From NCBI GenBank assembly GCA_951406725.2, contig OX597815.1, positions 16,678,001 to 16,742,000 of the forward strand: a stretch of 64,000 nucleotides of DNA. The letters run 5' to 3'. This document shows positions 50,456 through 64,000 of the stretch, in pieces. The stretch comes from Octopus vulgaris. Taxonomy: Eukaryota. Under the pieces are notes generated by a model. The model was not told the origin of the DNA, did not search any database, and saw only the letters and a list, made by a program, of their open reading frames with translations. Numbering within the stretch: position 1 is the first letter of the stretch; each line of letters begins with the position of its first letter. A program made the position numbers and the translations under genes.

Positions 50456-50804
50456 GAAAGAAAGAGAAAGAAAGAGAGTGAGATAAATGTATATTAAGGA
50501 TACATAATTCAAAATAGATCTAAAGTGTATGTACCACTTTATGTCTCAGAAAGAGTAAACAATAACGAAACGGTGCCATTAAAATTTGCGAAGTTCCTAA
50601 AACATGCGAGAGACACATATACATGAATACAATTGATATAGAAACGAATACTGAAATCAGAAATGAATATATTATATAATTTCAGGCTCAGTCCACTGAG
50701 TTTCTGGGACACTGTTGACTCATTTCTACCTACATGACAAAGTGCAATAAACGGTGTAGTACCTTCATTAGTGAGTGAGAGAGGATGGCAGGGTGCAGTA
50801 TCAG

Positions 50805-51160
50805 ACACAATATTTCCAACAAAGCATTGCTTCTTTTAGACAATGCACCGAGACCACCCAGCAAACTTAGATGACCTTTCTGATAACGTGCAAGTAGAAT
50901 GACCTTTCTGATAACGTGAGAGTAAGAATACAATCTCGTTGATCCAGCCAATAGATCAAGGTGTGATAGCTGATATTAGATGAGAACTTTCAAGCGACTT
51001 ATGAAAGCAGATAAAGGGAAAGGGAAGATAAACCTACAGTTAGAGATTTCCGGAAGAATTTCAACATAATGAATGCTGTGGATAATATAGCTGAGTCATG
51101 GGATAAAGTGAAATCTTCAACTTTGAACAGTGTTTGGAAAAGTATACGGCCAGACATAGC
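50805..51160 (+). pseudogene. Tigger/pogo DDE transposase fragment
   Basis: NKALLLLDNAP, SLIQPIDQGVIA, NFNIMNAVDNIAESWDKVKSSTLNSVWKSI, with frameshifts. Confidence 0.75.
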
Positions 51161-51207
51161 AAATTTCCCTCAATCAAAAAGTTTACATCAAGTTCGGAAA
51201 TATATTG

Positions 51208-51441
51208 TTATTTCTTTACTGCCCTCAAGGGACTACACACAGAGGGGGCAAACAAAGGACAGACAAACGGATTAAGTCGATTATATCGACCCCAGTGCGT
51301 AACTGGTACTTATTTAATCGACCCCAAAAGGATGAAAGGCAAAGTCGATCTCGGTGGAATTTGAACTCAGAACGTAACGCCAGACGAAATATCGCTAAGC
51401 ATTTCGCCTGGCGTGCAAACGTTTCTGCCAGCTCGACGCCT
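51208..51441 (-). mobile_element. SINE S1 copy
   Basis: Matches the S1 consensus. Confidence 0.85.
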
Positions 51442-51644
51442 TTCTTTCGGAAAGATATTGTGACACTTGTGAAGTGCATCCGGAAATGCTCAACATAGAA
51501 AACACTTTGTAGTGCTCAAATGATTTGAACTTACACTTCGAAGTCTTTATCGAGGACTAAGTCCGCAGGGTAAAGAGTGACTGTAAGAGTAATCCAGGTG
51601 AGCTGATATGGTGAGAGTTTGGGATTGATATATGATATCCATAC

Positions 51645-51717
<73 letters not shown>

Positions 51718-51820
51718 CATACATGTAAATATCTATAACCAGTTGGCAAAGATGTTTTCTTGGGGTTAAATAGTAGTAATAGAGTCCTACGTAGGACTGC
51801 CACTACGTTGGCAAATAGAC

Positions 51821-51873
<53 letters not shown>

Positions 51874-52241
51874 AAAAAAAGGTCAAGATAGAAAATGCTA
51901 AAATGATTTTATAAAAAACATTTCAGTACCGGTTTCAGTCATTGAAACTTTTTCAACAGTAACAATTAAACAATTATATTTAGAAAAATTAAAAGAAAAA
52001 AAATTTTTTAAAGAATATTTGCATAGTGTTCAAATACAAGGGCATTTTCCTTGTTTCTGCCTGTCTCTGTCTCTCTTGTTTACTCTTGTGGGTTCGAGGT
52101 CGTTGTGAATTCTTCCCTCAAGAAGAAGAAGAAGAAAAAAAAGAAGACGAAGGAGGAGGAGGAGAAGAAGAATGTGGGAGTGCTATATATATATATATAA
52201 ACAAAAATTGAAAATATTCAGTAGGTGAACACTCGTATATG

Positions 52242-53152
52242 TGAGGGGGTATCCAAAAGTAACTGGAATTTTGCAATATTTGATTTACTTAATTTTACAT
52301 GTTTACACTTTTATCGCCTTTAAATATTTTCCATTTGAAGCAATTCATCAGTTCAGACGCGTTTTCCACTGTTCGAAGCAGTGCTGGAATTCTTGTAAAG
52401 TGATGCCTTTTAACGTCTCCGTCGATTTTTTTCTTCACCTCTTCCACATCTCTAAATTCCGTAGCACCAGCTTTTGTCACCGATGATGACTTTCGAAAAA
52501 AAGAAAAAGGTTCCAGATCAACTTCCAAGTGTTCTTTCAGTTCGCGACACGCATTCAGGCTTTTGATCTTCCGTGAGCAAGCGAGGCACAAATTTTGCTG
52601 CAACTCTTCATTCGCACTTCCTCGCTCAGAATTCGTTGGCAAGAGCTTTAGGACGCACCAATCATATCAACAAGTTCGTCAGCTGTTCGGTGACGGTCCT
52701 CGAAGATCAGTTCATGAATTTTCATGTTTTCGTGAGGTCGACGGGTGCCCTGATCGAGATCGGTCTTCAAGCGACAAGTGACCGTCCCTAAAGCATGGAA
52801 AGCACTCGTGAACTTGTGCCCATAAATAGTGCTTCAGTTAGTTTATGTGTTTTGCTCATGGCAGAGTCCTTGTAAGTTGTTCGAAGCATGACAACTATTT
52901 CGTCCATCGTTTTCCCCAGCAGAAAACAGAATTTTACGGAAGCACTCGTTTCAGCCATCGCAAAAATCGACGAACAGGGGAGAAGCACTACAAAACAAAG
53001 ACACATTACGTGGCAATACGACTGCAGACGATGACGCCGGTCGACAGACTGATGTCTGGGGTCGCATCAAGCTGTTTCTAGCGGCAGAAGCCCGAACTAC
53101 AACGGGTTTGTCTTACAGAGAACGTTTCCACTTACTTTCGGGTACACCCTCG
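52242..53152 (-). mobile_element. Internally deleted mariner element
   Basis: Imperfect TIRs TGAGGGGGTATCCAAAAGTAA / TTACTTTCGGGTACACCCTCG|TA; minus-strand ASVKFCFLLGKT..EIVVMLRTTYKDSAMSKT (mariner N-terminal HTH). Confidence 0.8.
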
Positions 53153-53474
53153 TAGATATATATATTTATATATTTACAGAATAAGTTTACATGAAGTGCA
53201 AAAAGATACAGAAAACTAAGGAAAGGAGACATGGTATTTCAATTCCGACAGCTGTTTCTTGGGGCTCGAGATTACATAATAGTTAAAATGTTCATGATGG
53301 CAGATGAACTGTGCAAAAAGTAAAATATATGCAACCAGTTGTAGATGCATATAAACATTACTGTAAAACCGGCTTCTCGCGTCAGGGTAGAAAGATCGGC
53401 AACAGTTTTATACACACATACACACAAACACATATATACATGCATACCTACATATATATATATATCTATATATA

Positions 53475-53795
<321 letters not shown>

Positions 53796-54194
53796 CTATT
53801 TATAATTCTTATATGATGTTTAAGAGAGATGAACTCAGTTCTTGCCTTGTCTAAACCAATTTGAGCAGCTGTTATCTCCACTCATTGTAACAGATAGCGT
53901 TTGTATCCTTTTCCAGCTGAATACTGTAATCTCGCCTGCAAAATCTGTTCCTGTTATTATTTTTAGCTGGTATTTATGTTCATACCATTTGGCAAATCCG
54001 GTAGATTAATTAGCCGAGGCAGTTCTTGTAGTACTTTTGAAATCCGCAAAAGTTAGTAATGTTTCTGGATTATAATATTTTACTATCTTAACAATATTCG
54101 CAAAGTATTTATGCTGTAGTGGAATAGTTTGGTTGGAATCCTAGTTGTTTCTGAGGTTTAGTTCTAAGTGATGTCTGATTCTTCATTGTAACAA

Positions 54195-54678
54195 ATCATA
54201 AACTTCGCAGATCAAAAGTACGTAGATCATAAATTTCGCAGATAATAAATTCATTGGATCATAAATTTCGCAGATAATAAATTTATTGGATCATAAATTT
54301 CACAGATCATAAATTTATTGGATCATAAATTTATTGGATCATAAATTTATTGGATCATAAATTTATTGGATTATAAATTTCGCAGATCATAAATTTATTG
54401 GATCATAAATTTATTGGATCATAAATTTATTGGATCATAAATTTAGCAGATCATAAATTTATTGGATCATAAATTTATTGGATCATAAATTTAGCAGATC
54501 ATAAATTTATTGGATCATAAATTTATTGGATCATAAATTTAGCAGATCATAAATTTATTGGATCATAAATTTATTGGATCATAAATTTAGCAGATCATAA
54601 ATTTATTGGATCATAAATTTATTGGATCATAAATTTATTGGATCATAAATTTCGCAGATTATAAATTTCACAGATCAT
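54195..54678. repeat. 16-bp minisatellite (~30 units)
   Basis: Interspersed GATCATAAATTTATTG and GATCATAAATTT(A/C)GCA units. Confidence 0.95.
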
Positions 54679-54994
54679 ACCAATAAACTTTTACCTGTAT
54701 AATTTCTTATGATGCTTAGGTCACTGACTCTGAATTGGAACACTGCTACTTTTCACCCAAGAGCTCTGTGATTGCACTTGTTTTCCAAACCTCGATCGGA
54801 ATGTTGTCCACACCAGAAGCTTCATTGTTTGCAAAAGTTGTTATGCCTTCTTGTGAACTCGATTGTATTTATTTCTCGACCTTCAACATCTACTTGTTAA
54901 ATCGGTACTTTAGTGATGTCAGATGGCTGATCCACAAGGTCTCTCCACCAGACAATACTTTCCTCCATCGCTTATTGGTCAGCATCTAACGCAA

Positions 54995-55387
54995 GTGGAG
55001 GCGCAATGGCCCAATGGCTAGGGCAGCGGATTGCGGTCGGAGGATCGCGGTTTCGATTCCCAGACCAGACCGGACGTTGTGTGTGTTTATTGAGCGAAAA
55101 CACCTAAAGCTCCACGAGGCTCCGGCAGGGGATGTGGCGATCTCTGTTGTATTCTTTCGCCCCAACTTTCTCTCACTCTTTCTTCCTGTTTCTTGTCCCC
55201 GACTTCCTACGCAACCGCTGAGACTGGATGCGCATTCATCCATCCGTCGATGCTCTCGGTGTCGGGGGTTGACCTGCTTTCTCTTCTGCGGGTCTTACGA
55301 ATAGCAAAGGACCACGATTCGGACTTCTCCCACTGCGAGCTCTGGGACGAAAACCGGTTCGCTCAACAGCAACAGCAGCAGCAGCAA
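54995..55387 (+). mobile_element. tRNA-derived SINE family S3 with (CAA/CAG)n tail and 15-bp TSD
   Basis: Head GTGGAGGCGCAATGGCCCAATGG...GGTTTCGATTCCC; TSD CAGCATCTAACGCAA at 54980-54994 and 55388-55402. Confidence 0.9.
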
Positions 55388-55747
55388 CAGCATCTAACGC
55401 AAAATGAGGACAACATGAAGATCAAATCTAAATTGTGACCTGCGTCATGACAATTACACTAACATATGTTCTACAGAAACGGTTGGATATGTCATGCGGG
55501 AACTAGGAAACCAATGCGAATATCATAGTAATCTACCTCAAATAGCAACATGATCGCAACAAGGAAGAATAAAGTTTTTTTGGCCGCTGTTAGCGAAATT
55601 AATATGAGGTGGTGTGACTAGTGTGACTGTTGCAGCTATGAAAGTCCAAGGGTGAAAGAAGAGACATATGTTACTACGTGCGTTGACCAACAAGACATTG
55701 GGATAAAGTTGGAGAATCTGACTACTATCTATGAATGATCGCATATT

Positions 55748-55980
55748 CTTATTTCTTTATTACCCACAAGGGGCTAAACATAGAGGGGACAAACAAGGAC
55801 AGACAAATGGATTAAGTCGATTATATCGACCCCAGTACGAAACTTGTACTTAATTTATCGACCCCGAAAGGATGAAAGGCAAAGTCGACCTCGGCGGAAT
55901 TTGAACTCAGAACGTAAAGACAGACGAAATACCGCAAAGCATTGCGCTCGGCGTGCTAACGTTTGTGCCAGTTCGCCGCC
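55748..55980 (-). mobile_element. SINE S1 copy with TSD ATGATCGCATATTCT
   Basis: Consensus match plus the flanking direct repeat. Confidence 0.85.
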
Positions 55981-56212
55981 TTCTATGATCGCATATTCTG
56001 GAGGTCAGTTGTTGTTGGGAATGTCCGAGTTCGCTCGGAGAGAAGGGCACATATACCCCACCCAATGAAGTGAATGCGGCAAATGTACTGTTTTTTTTCA
56101 CTCCAGACGGTGAGAGTTGAGAAGAAAGAATGGGAGAGAAAAATTAATGGAAGCAAAAACCCAAAAAATCCAGGAAAATATTTGGGTGGATATGCATAAA
56201 ATAGTATTTAAT

Positions 56213-57130
56213 GTGCATACATACATACATACATACATGCATACATACATACATACATGCATACATACATACATACATACATACATACATACATACACAC
56301 ACACATACATACATATATACGTACGTACGTACATATATACATACATACATACATACATACATACATACATACATACATACATACATGCATGTATACATAC
56401 ATACATACATACATACATACATACATGCATACATACATACATGCATACACACACACATGCATACATACATACATACATACATACATACATGCATACATAC
56501 ATACATACATACATACATACATACATACATACATACATACGCACACAAACATACATTCATGCTTGCATACATACATGCATACATACATACATACATATAT
56601 ACATACATACATACATACATGCATGCATACATACATGCATACATACATACATACATACATATATACATACATACATACATACATACATACATGCATGCAT
56701 ACATACATACATACATACATACATACATACATACATACATACATACATACATACATACATACATACATACATACATACATACATGCATACACACACACAC
56801 ATGCATACATACATACATACATACATACATGCATACATACATACATACATACAAACATACATACATACATACATACATACGCACACAAACATACATTCAT
56901 GCTTGCATACATACATACATGCATACATACATGTATACATACATACATACATACATACATACATGCATACATACGCACACAAACATACATTCATGCTTGC
57001 ATACATACATACATGCATACATACATGTATACATACATACATACATACATACATACATACATACATACATACATACGCACACAAACATACATATGCTTGC
57101 ATACACGCGCACATGCGCGCACACACACAT
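56213..57130. repeat. (CATA)n array with higher-order CGCACACAAACATACATTCATGCTTG interruptions
   Basis: Directly visible. Confidence 0.95.
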
Positions 57131-57288
57131 ACTTATACATTTTCTGGCCATTTATAACATTTTCAATTAAATATCTTATTTGAAATCTGAACATTTTTCA
57201 ACGTATAGAAACATATGTCTTAATATATACACATAATATAAGATATAACGTATTATATACTACAGTATGCTGTAATAATATGTATATA

Positions 57289-57326
<38 letters not shown>

Positions 57327-57364
57327 GATGTAATGATACACACACACATATGATGTAAGATATT

Positions 57365-57470
<106 letters not shown>

Positions 57471-57505
57471 CGATGAAATGATACACAAGGATGTAAGATA
57501 TATAT

Positions 57506-57540
<35 letters not shown>

Positions 57541-58801
57541 CATACACACATATATATATATATATATATAACGGGAAGCTTTATGAAAATAAACAAAAGA
57601 CGAAGGCAGGTGGAAAACAAACGAACAATTGTATTAGTATATATATATATATATATATATATATACGATATAATGATACACACACACATGATGTAAGATA
57701 CACACACACACATATATATATATATATGTGTGTTTGCATGTGATTGTCTCTATGTATGTATGTATGTATGTACGTCTGTGTGGATGTATGTATGTACGTA
57801 CTTAGATATGTAAAATCTGTATATACACGTAAGAATATATAATTCCATATTCTGAAAAAAAAATGAAAAATAAAATGGAAAAGATCAGATATTAAACAAG
57901 AGATTTAATTGAAAATGCTGCAAATCGCCGGAGAGTCATTTTTCCTTTGAGGAGTGCCCGCGTTTCCATCTTAATTTTTCCTGCCTCTTAAGAACGGGAA
58001 GCTATAAGCCAGTTTTTAAATGAATTCGGTTTTATATTAAACTAGGGAGTTAATAAATCATTTTAGCCAATTTTCTTGTCAGAATTATTACGTTTCATGT
58101 CGAAAAGTATTTGAATCGACAATTACTCGATACCAAGTAAACTTCTTCCTGTTCTTAACTATTCACAGTTAATTACAACCAGGTACTATGTAAAGTAACT
58201 GTCTACCAATGAGAGACCCTCACCGTGGTTACTATAGCTGTTCAAATAAGTTGTCGTATTCCCTCAAAGCATTTTAAGAAACGCAGATACTTGAGGAAAT
58301 AGAAACAGACGAAATAACCACAGCAATTATATGGCAGACTTAATCTCTTGTTTGGCCTAACTCCACCATCTGGTCTCTGAGTGGGTTTAGCAGAGTGTAA
58401 TCTGTTGCAACCATTTGGGCCAGGTCTCTAAACTGAAGATAAATTCTTCTCTTCTTACTAATCTCGGAGGTCCTCAAAAGAGCCATGCTCACCTTTCTTT
58501 TCTCCTTTGGCTAAGACATTAAAACATTCACGCACACACATACGCGCACATCCATACACATGTACACGCACACACGCACAACGTACACTGGTACATATGG
58601 ATATATAAGTAATGTGACTCTCGAAATGAAATGGAGGAGACCATCACCCAATAAAGTACATTATATATGTAGAGTTGATATTTATGTTGTTAACGATACT
58701 ATACTTGATAACAGCATATATATATAATTATTATTTGAGGGAATATAAATCCAAACTTACAGGAAAAAAATTCAATTTAGAAATACTAAATCAAATTTCA
58801 C

Positions 58802-58875
<74 letters not shown>

Positions 58876-59086
58876 GAAAAAACCCACCTTTTATCAATTC
58901 AAAATGAACAAATAAATTACACCATCTAGAAAATTACATATAATAGAAATATTAAAATTAAAATAACAATAAAGTATCAATGATTAAGTAAATTGCAAAA
59001 AAATAATAAAAACATATATAATTGGCAGAATAACGACGCGTGTTTCGTGGCTATATTTAAGAAATGATTATAGTTGTAGTAAAATC

Positions 59087-59131
<45 letters not shown>

Positions 59132-59173
59132 TACGAGTATAAGTGGCCAAAGGGACTCGTATACTTTCATTGG

Positions 59174-59225
<52 letters not shown>

Positions 59226-59227
<2 letters not shown>

Positions 59228-59733
59228 CAGTATCGCCCGGCGTTGCTCGGGTTTGTAAGGGAAATAACTATATAAGCATTTTTAGAGAGTTACTTCCCTT
59301 ATAGATGCCAATTCGGGCTTTCTTAGCCATTTCTGTTTTGGTGTCTTCAAGCCATGAAGTCGTTGTTCTAAAAGAACGCTGGTCTCCTTGACAACGCATT
59401 ACAACGTTGATTTCTTTACACTCCCTTCACCACAGCTTCACGAGGGAGGGAAGGGGGAGAAGTAAACAGGTGCAGCTGTGAGCGTGGACGCCAACTCCGC
59501 CGCCATCGACACACGAAAGATTATGCATTAAAATGGAATAAAAAATGATGTTAAATTATTTTTAAAATCGTAGACTCATCGTTGACGCGCGCTAATAGCC
59601 AGACGGGCTCGATATGAATCACGACTATAAGATACCCGAATTTGGTTAAACTGCACCGCAAAATGTGGGAGGAGTTAGGAATCTAAATCGTAGGAGACAG
59701 ACACTCACACAACTAGAGTTTTATATATATAGA
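59226..59733 (-). mobile_element. Non-autonomous Helitron-like element (subtype A, longer variant)
   Basis: Shares termini and interior with 2768-3069. Confidence 0.75.
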
Positions 59734-60122
59734 TATATATATAAAGCGGAAGTTGTCTGTGTATGGCAGGTTTGGTAGCCTTCAACTAACACTATCTCCT
59801 CCGAGACCCTGCGGTGCAAGTTGACCAAAATTGTGAGTAAGATAGAAAAAGGCTTACTCTTCATTCCTTAGAAGATAAAATTCAAATCGGACCATGTTAA
59901 CACCAAAAATTATATACATCAAAAAGGTACTTTTTTTCTATGAAAATCCCTACTTTTTAAACGATTTTTTGACAGTTGTGTCGCCATTTTTCGGTGTATT
60001 TCAACCAGAAAAACGTTCACTTAAAGAGAATAACAAGCTACATAATGCAAATTTTTTACCTTTCAAAAATTCCAATTCTAAAGGGTCGAAACAAACCCGA
60101 GCAACGCCGGGCGATACTGCTA

Positions 60123-60123
<1 letters not shown>
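59734..60123 (+). mobile_element. Non-autonomous Helitron-like element (subtype B)
   Basis: Ends CCCGAGCAACGCCGGGCGATACTGCTAG|T; homologous to 443-835. Confidence 0.8.
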
Positions 60124-60161
<38 letters not shown>

Positions 60162-60320
60162 TACGTACATGCCGGCCCACTTGTGTCTGGCGAATCGTCT
60201 ATACAGCTAAGCGTCTTATAGGTACAAAAGCAATAGTCACTCGGGGACCGGCCACAACAAACAACCTTCTAATTATTACCACCCTACTTTTTGAGTGTGC
60301 TTCGTTTTCGGGTATATGAG

Positions 60321-60361
<41 letters not shown>

Positions 60362-60802
60362 TAGCTTAGTTTTAGTTTATATTAATACATATTATTACTG
60401 TTAGCTAACACATGACTGTGATAGTGTCGAACACAAGCGATCAGTAGTTTCCTTAATTCCAGCGAATCTATTCATATCATTATCATTGACTTCTGGGATT
60501 GGTACGAAAATGTGTGGCTAAAGTGACTCGTATACTTTCATTGGTATTTTATTTCATCAGTTCTGAAAGAGCGAAAAGCAAAGTTGACCTCAGAAAGATT
60601 TGAACTAAGAACTAAAGTAGTTTGTCCAACGGCCCGACGATTTTGTTAATCAAAGGCCATATGTTCTGATTTATCAACTAAACATATTCAAGTAGTGGGA
60701 TCTGTAATATCAAGCACGCCTTCCCTGTTCTCTGTGAGATATTAATATTTTTAGTCGCTGAACGTCCGTTTCTAAATAATTTGCAGTATTTAGTTACATT
60801 AA

Positions 60803-61500
60803 GGCGGCGAACTGGCAGAATCGTTACCACGCCGGGCGAAAATGCGTAGCCGTATTTCGTCTGCTGTTACGTTCTGAGTTCAAATTCCGCTGAGGTCGAC
60901 TTTGCCTTTCATCCTTTCAGGGTCGATAAATTAAGTACCAGTTACGCACTGGGGTCGATGTAATCGACTTAATCCGTTTGTCTGTCCTTGTTTGTCCCCT
61001 CTGTGTTTAGCCCCTTGTGGGTAGTAAAGAAATAGGTGTTTCGTCTGCCGTACGTTCTGAGTTCAAATTCCGCCGAGGTCGACTTTGCCTATCATCCTTT
61101 CGGGGTCGATTAAATAAGTACCAATTACGCACTGGGGTCGATATAATCGACTTAATCCGTTTGTCTGTCCTTGTTCGTCCCCTCTGTGTTTAACCCCTTG
61201 TCGGTAGTAAAGAAATAGGTATTTCGTCTGTCTTTACATTCTGAGTTCAAATTCTGCCGAGATCGACTTTGCCTTTCGAAGTCAATAAATTAAGTACCAG
61301 TTGCATACTGAGGTCGACCTGATCGACTTACCTCTCCCCCAAAATTTCGGGCCTTGTGCCTAGAGCAGAAAAGTAGTTACATTCCTTTTACGCTCTGTGT
61401 TCAAATCTCGCTGAGGTCGACTTTATCTATTCTTCTTCCTCTAGGGTTGATAAAATAAGCACCAGTCAAGTACTAGGGTCAAGATATTCGACTGTTCCTT
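60803..61500 (+). mobile_element. Head-to-tail array of S1-type SINE units
   Basis: One complete head followed by 2-3 headless units. Confidence 0.85.
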
Positions 61501-63744
61501 TCTCATCCAGTTTGAAACCTTGCATTCATGCTATAAATCGTGTAACATTTAAGCACGCCCTATTATGCTCTGGTTTCAAACCGCCATCGAAGTTAACTAT
61601 GCGTTTCATTTCTCTAGAGCTGATAAAACAATATCAGTCAAATACCGAAGTTCCATTAAATCGTCTATATTCCTCTCCTAAAAACATGTTTGTGGCTTCC
61701 GGCTAAAGTTAGAAATCAATATTTTCAAGACATTAGGAGACTTACAATATAATGAACCACAGGCTTTGATCAGAGGACAAAACTATCAATTTATGACTAA
61801 CAGTGTTTAGCTTGACATCGATTTTCTTGGATGGTCGCACTCGTGTATAGTAAGATACAATAGGTTAACTTAAGAACACGAGTTCCCTTCATCTATGTCA
61901 TAAACAGAGCAATATTCATTTCGTGATATCACTGGATCCATTCTATTTCTTCTTTTCATAATGTCGTACTATTAGGATAACCACACAGTCTGAAACAGAC
62001 GCGTGTACACATACAGAAAAATAATGTCGGTCTGTTTGCATAAAAACGTGTAAACACGCAAAACGTTGTTTCATACATCCATACAACGAAAACAAGCTCA
62101 CTGGCGCACACTAACACATACACACGTAGATGTGTGTGTGCCACATATACATTTACATCCATACATGTATTGTTATCATTGAGTAGAAAGCCAAACTATC
62201 TTTATTGAGTATGAAATAACACACTTACAATATAAAAGGCCTTCCTTAGCTTTCAACACTCTACGCAAATAGTTTGAAGCAACAATAGCCAAGCTTTTCA
62301 TATTTGCATGTAAATGATTTAACTTTTCGGGAAAATATGCTAAATAATGCTAATACCACGTGATTTGCATTTGAAGGAGTTTTTTTTTATCTTTAATTTT
62401 CCATTCGTATTCTTTAGATATCGGAAAAGCCATTATTCTAAACAATCCGAAGATTCGTAAAAAAATAGCAAAAATGAAAAAAAAAAAAAAAAAAAATCCT
62501 CCCAGAAGAAGAAAATGGAAAGCGAAAATATCTTAGTAGAACTAACAGATCCTTGAATACATGAAATAATTTTGTGTAACCATTAAAAAGATACCAGCTA
62601 GGTTTCGGATATCTTGGAATTTTATTCCACTTCTATTGAGATATTCTGTCATTTAAGAAGATAATATACAAAAAAGTGTATAATTAATGAACTTATTAAC
62701 TGCTTCTGTAATATATTATAATATCTTTAGCATATAACTGATAAAGTCTCAATGGTGTGCCATTTTCAGGTAAGTTTGTAGAATTTGTCCCCTAAAATTT
62801 TAGTTAACTGTTATTTTGCACAACGATAAATTAAAGTTCGATTTTGGTGTAGAGTTGAGGAAAGTAGTGAATGAAGCTCCAGGAGATAAGCATTTGAAAA
62901 ATATATTTTCAGTTCAAATAGAGAAACGGCCCAAAATTCTATATTATTTTCACTCCAATATTTAATATTTTTATATTTATTCAATATCTATATTTATAAA
63001 CAGTCTGTTTCTATATGTTATATATCATCTGTATAGAATTAATTATGTCATATTCGTGTAGTATATTCTAGTAATTTTTTTCATTTTTATCAGGAAGAGA
63101 AGAACAGAATAAGCGAAAAAAAATTTTGTACCTGTCCCAGAGAAAAAAGAATTCAAAGGTCCATTCAATCTAGAGATATTATCAAGGGACTAAGTTACCC
63201 GTAGTAAATAATGAAGGAGTATTATATAAATGATGGCGTTTCGTTGGTTGACTGTGCTGTACTGAAATCTCGACATGATTATTTTGGTTTGGAGGGGATT
63301 GACATAACTAGAGACACAACATAAAGACAAAATTCTTCATTGATGCTTTAAAGTCTACACAGGTTAAGGGATTCATCCAACTCCTGTTACATGGCATTAA
63401 TTGGCATAAAAAATGAGGAAACTAATTTTCTTTTTATAAAAGTTAGCTACAGAGACATTCAATAGCCTTCTCTGTTATCTATCCATAACATTTAAAGGCA
63501 TCCCAGACTGGACGAGACTAATGCAGTTGATGTTCAATTTCAATGTTTGCCAGTCGATATAGAATCGAGATGGAATTATAGCAGTTGTAGTTTAGAGGGG
63601 AAATGACTGGGAGAAAAGTTTAATATATGGTCATGACTATAAGGTTGTCGAGAATAGGAGAGACAAGTTGAGTAGTTGTAGAATAGGCAGAAAGAATGAG
63701 TGAACGAATAAGATAGAGCGATAGATATATAGATAGATAGAAAG

Positions 63745-64000
63745 TGATAGTTTGTTCCTTCTCGAGCTATGCCTGGCTCATAAGGGCCGGTTTCCCGGTT
63801 TCCTTGGTGTATAGGTTCTCCACCTGGACAGGACGCCGGTCCGTCGCAGGTGAGCTGCAAGATGCAGGAAGAAAGAGAGAGAAAATTGTGGGGAAAGCGT
63901 CAGCAGAAGTTCGCCATTACCTTCTGCCGGAGCCATGTGGAGCTTAGGTGTTTCGCTCATAAGCACACACATCGCCCGGTCTGAGATTCGAACCCGCGAT
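63745..64000 (-). mobile_element. SINE related to family S3, cut by the window edge
   Basis: Minus strand ATCGCGGGTTCGAATCTCAGACCGGGCGATGTGTGTG...GAGCGAAACACCTAAGCTCCAC matches ~55044-55130. Confidence 0.75.

Noticed and set aside
54700-54980. Possible RTE-like RT fragment on the minus strand (ASGVDNIPIEVWK)
   Set aside because: A single short motif in degraded sequence; too little to call
54995-55070. tRNA gene
   Set aside because: tRNA-like A/B boxes are the head of a TSD-flanked SINE; no complete cloverleaf seen
56098-57194. Long HTYI/MYVC ORFs (also at 10.1, 19.9, 39.4 and 48-50 kb)
   Set aside because: Artefacts of (CATA)n, (TA)n and (CA)n microsatellites

Overview
AT-rich, repeat-saturated eukaryotic DNA with no convincing host protein-coding gene. 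The SINE families and microsatellite load look like an octopus/coleoid cephalopod genome (inference from family recognition, not from a database search). The centrepiece is a ~6.3 kb near-perfect palindromic insertion (24254-30527) made of two divergent, essentially identical Penelope-like retroelements. Each encodes RT, a Cys linker and a C-terminal GIY-YIG endonuclease (Neptune-like), has a minimal hammerhead ribozyme in its 3' pseudo-LTR, and ends at or near an (AT)n tract. The longer copy keeps part of an upstream basic ORF that overlaps the RT frame at a U-UUU-UUU heptamer, suggesting -1 ribosomal frameshifting; both copies share one in-frame TGA upstream of the annotated ATG. Several short, mutually unrelated hammerhead-bearing remnants sit in or beside other AT-rich tracts. 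Also present: a decayed Helitron RepHel running into a 3.7 kb phased A4T4 satellite, non-autonomous Helitrons, stacked R4/Dong-type 3' ends in (TAA)n, fragments of L1/Tx1, CR1-like, mariner and Tigger/pogo elements, a MITE, fold-backs, three SINE families and many mini/microsatellites. Most ORFs in the supplied track are artefacts of simple repeats. All structure calls were made by eye, and boundaries of degraded elements are approximate.
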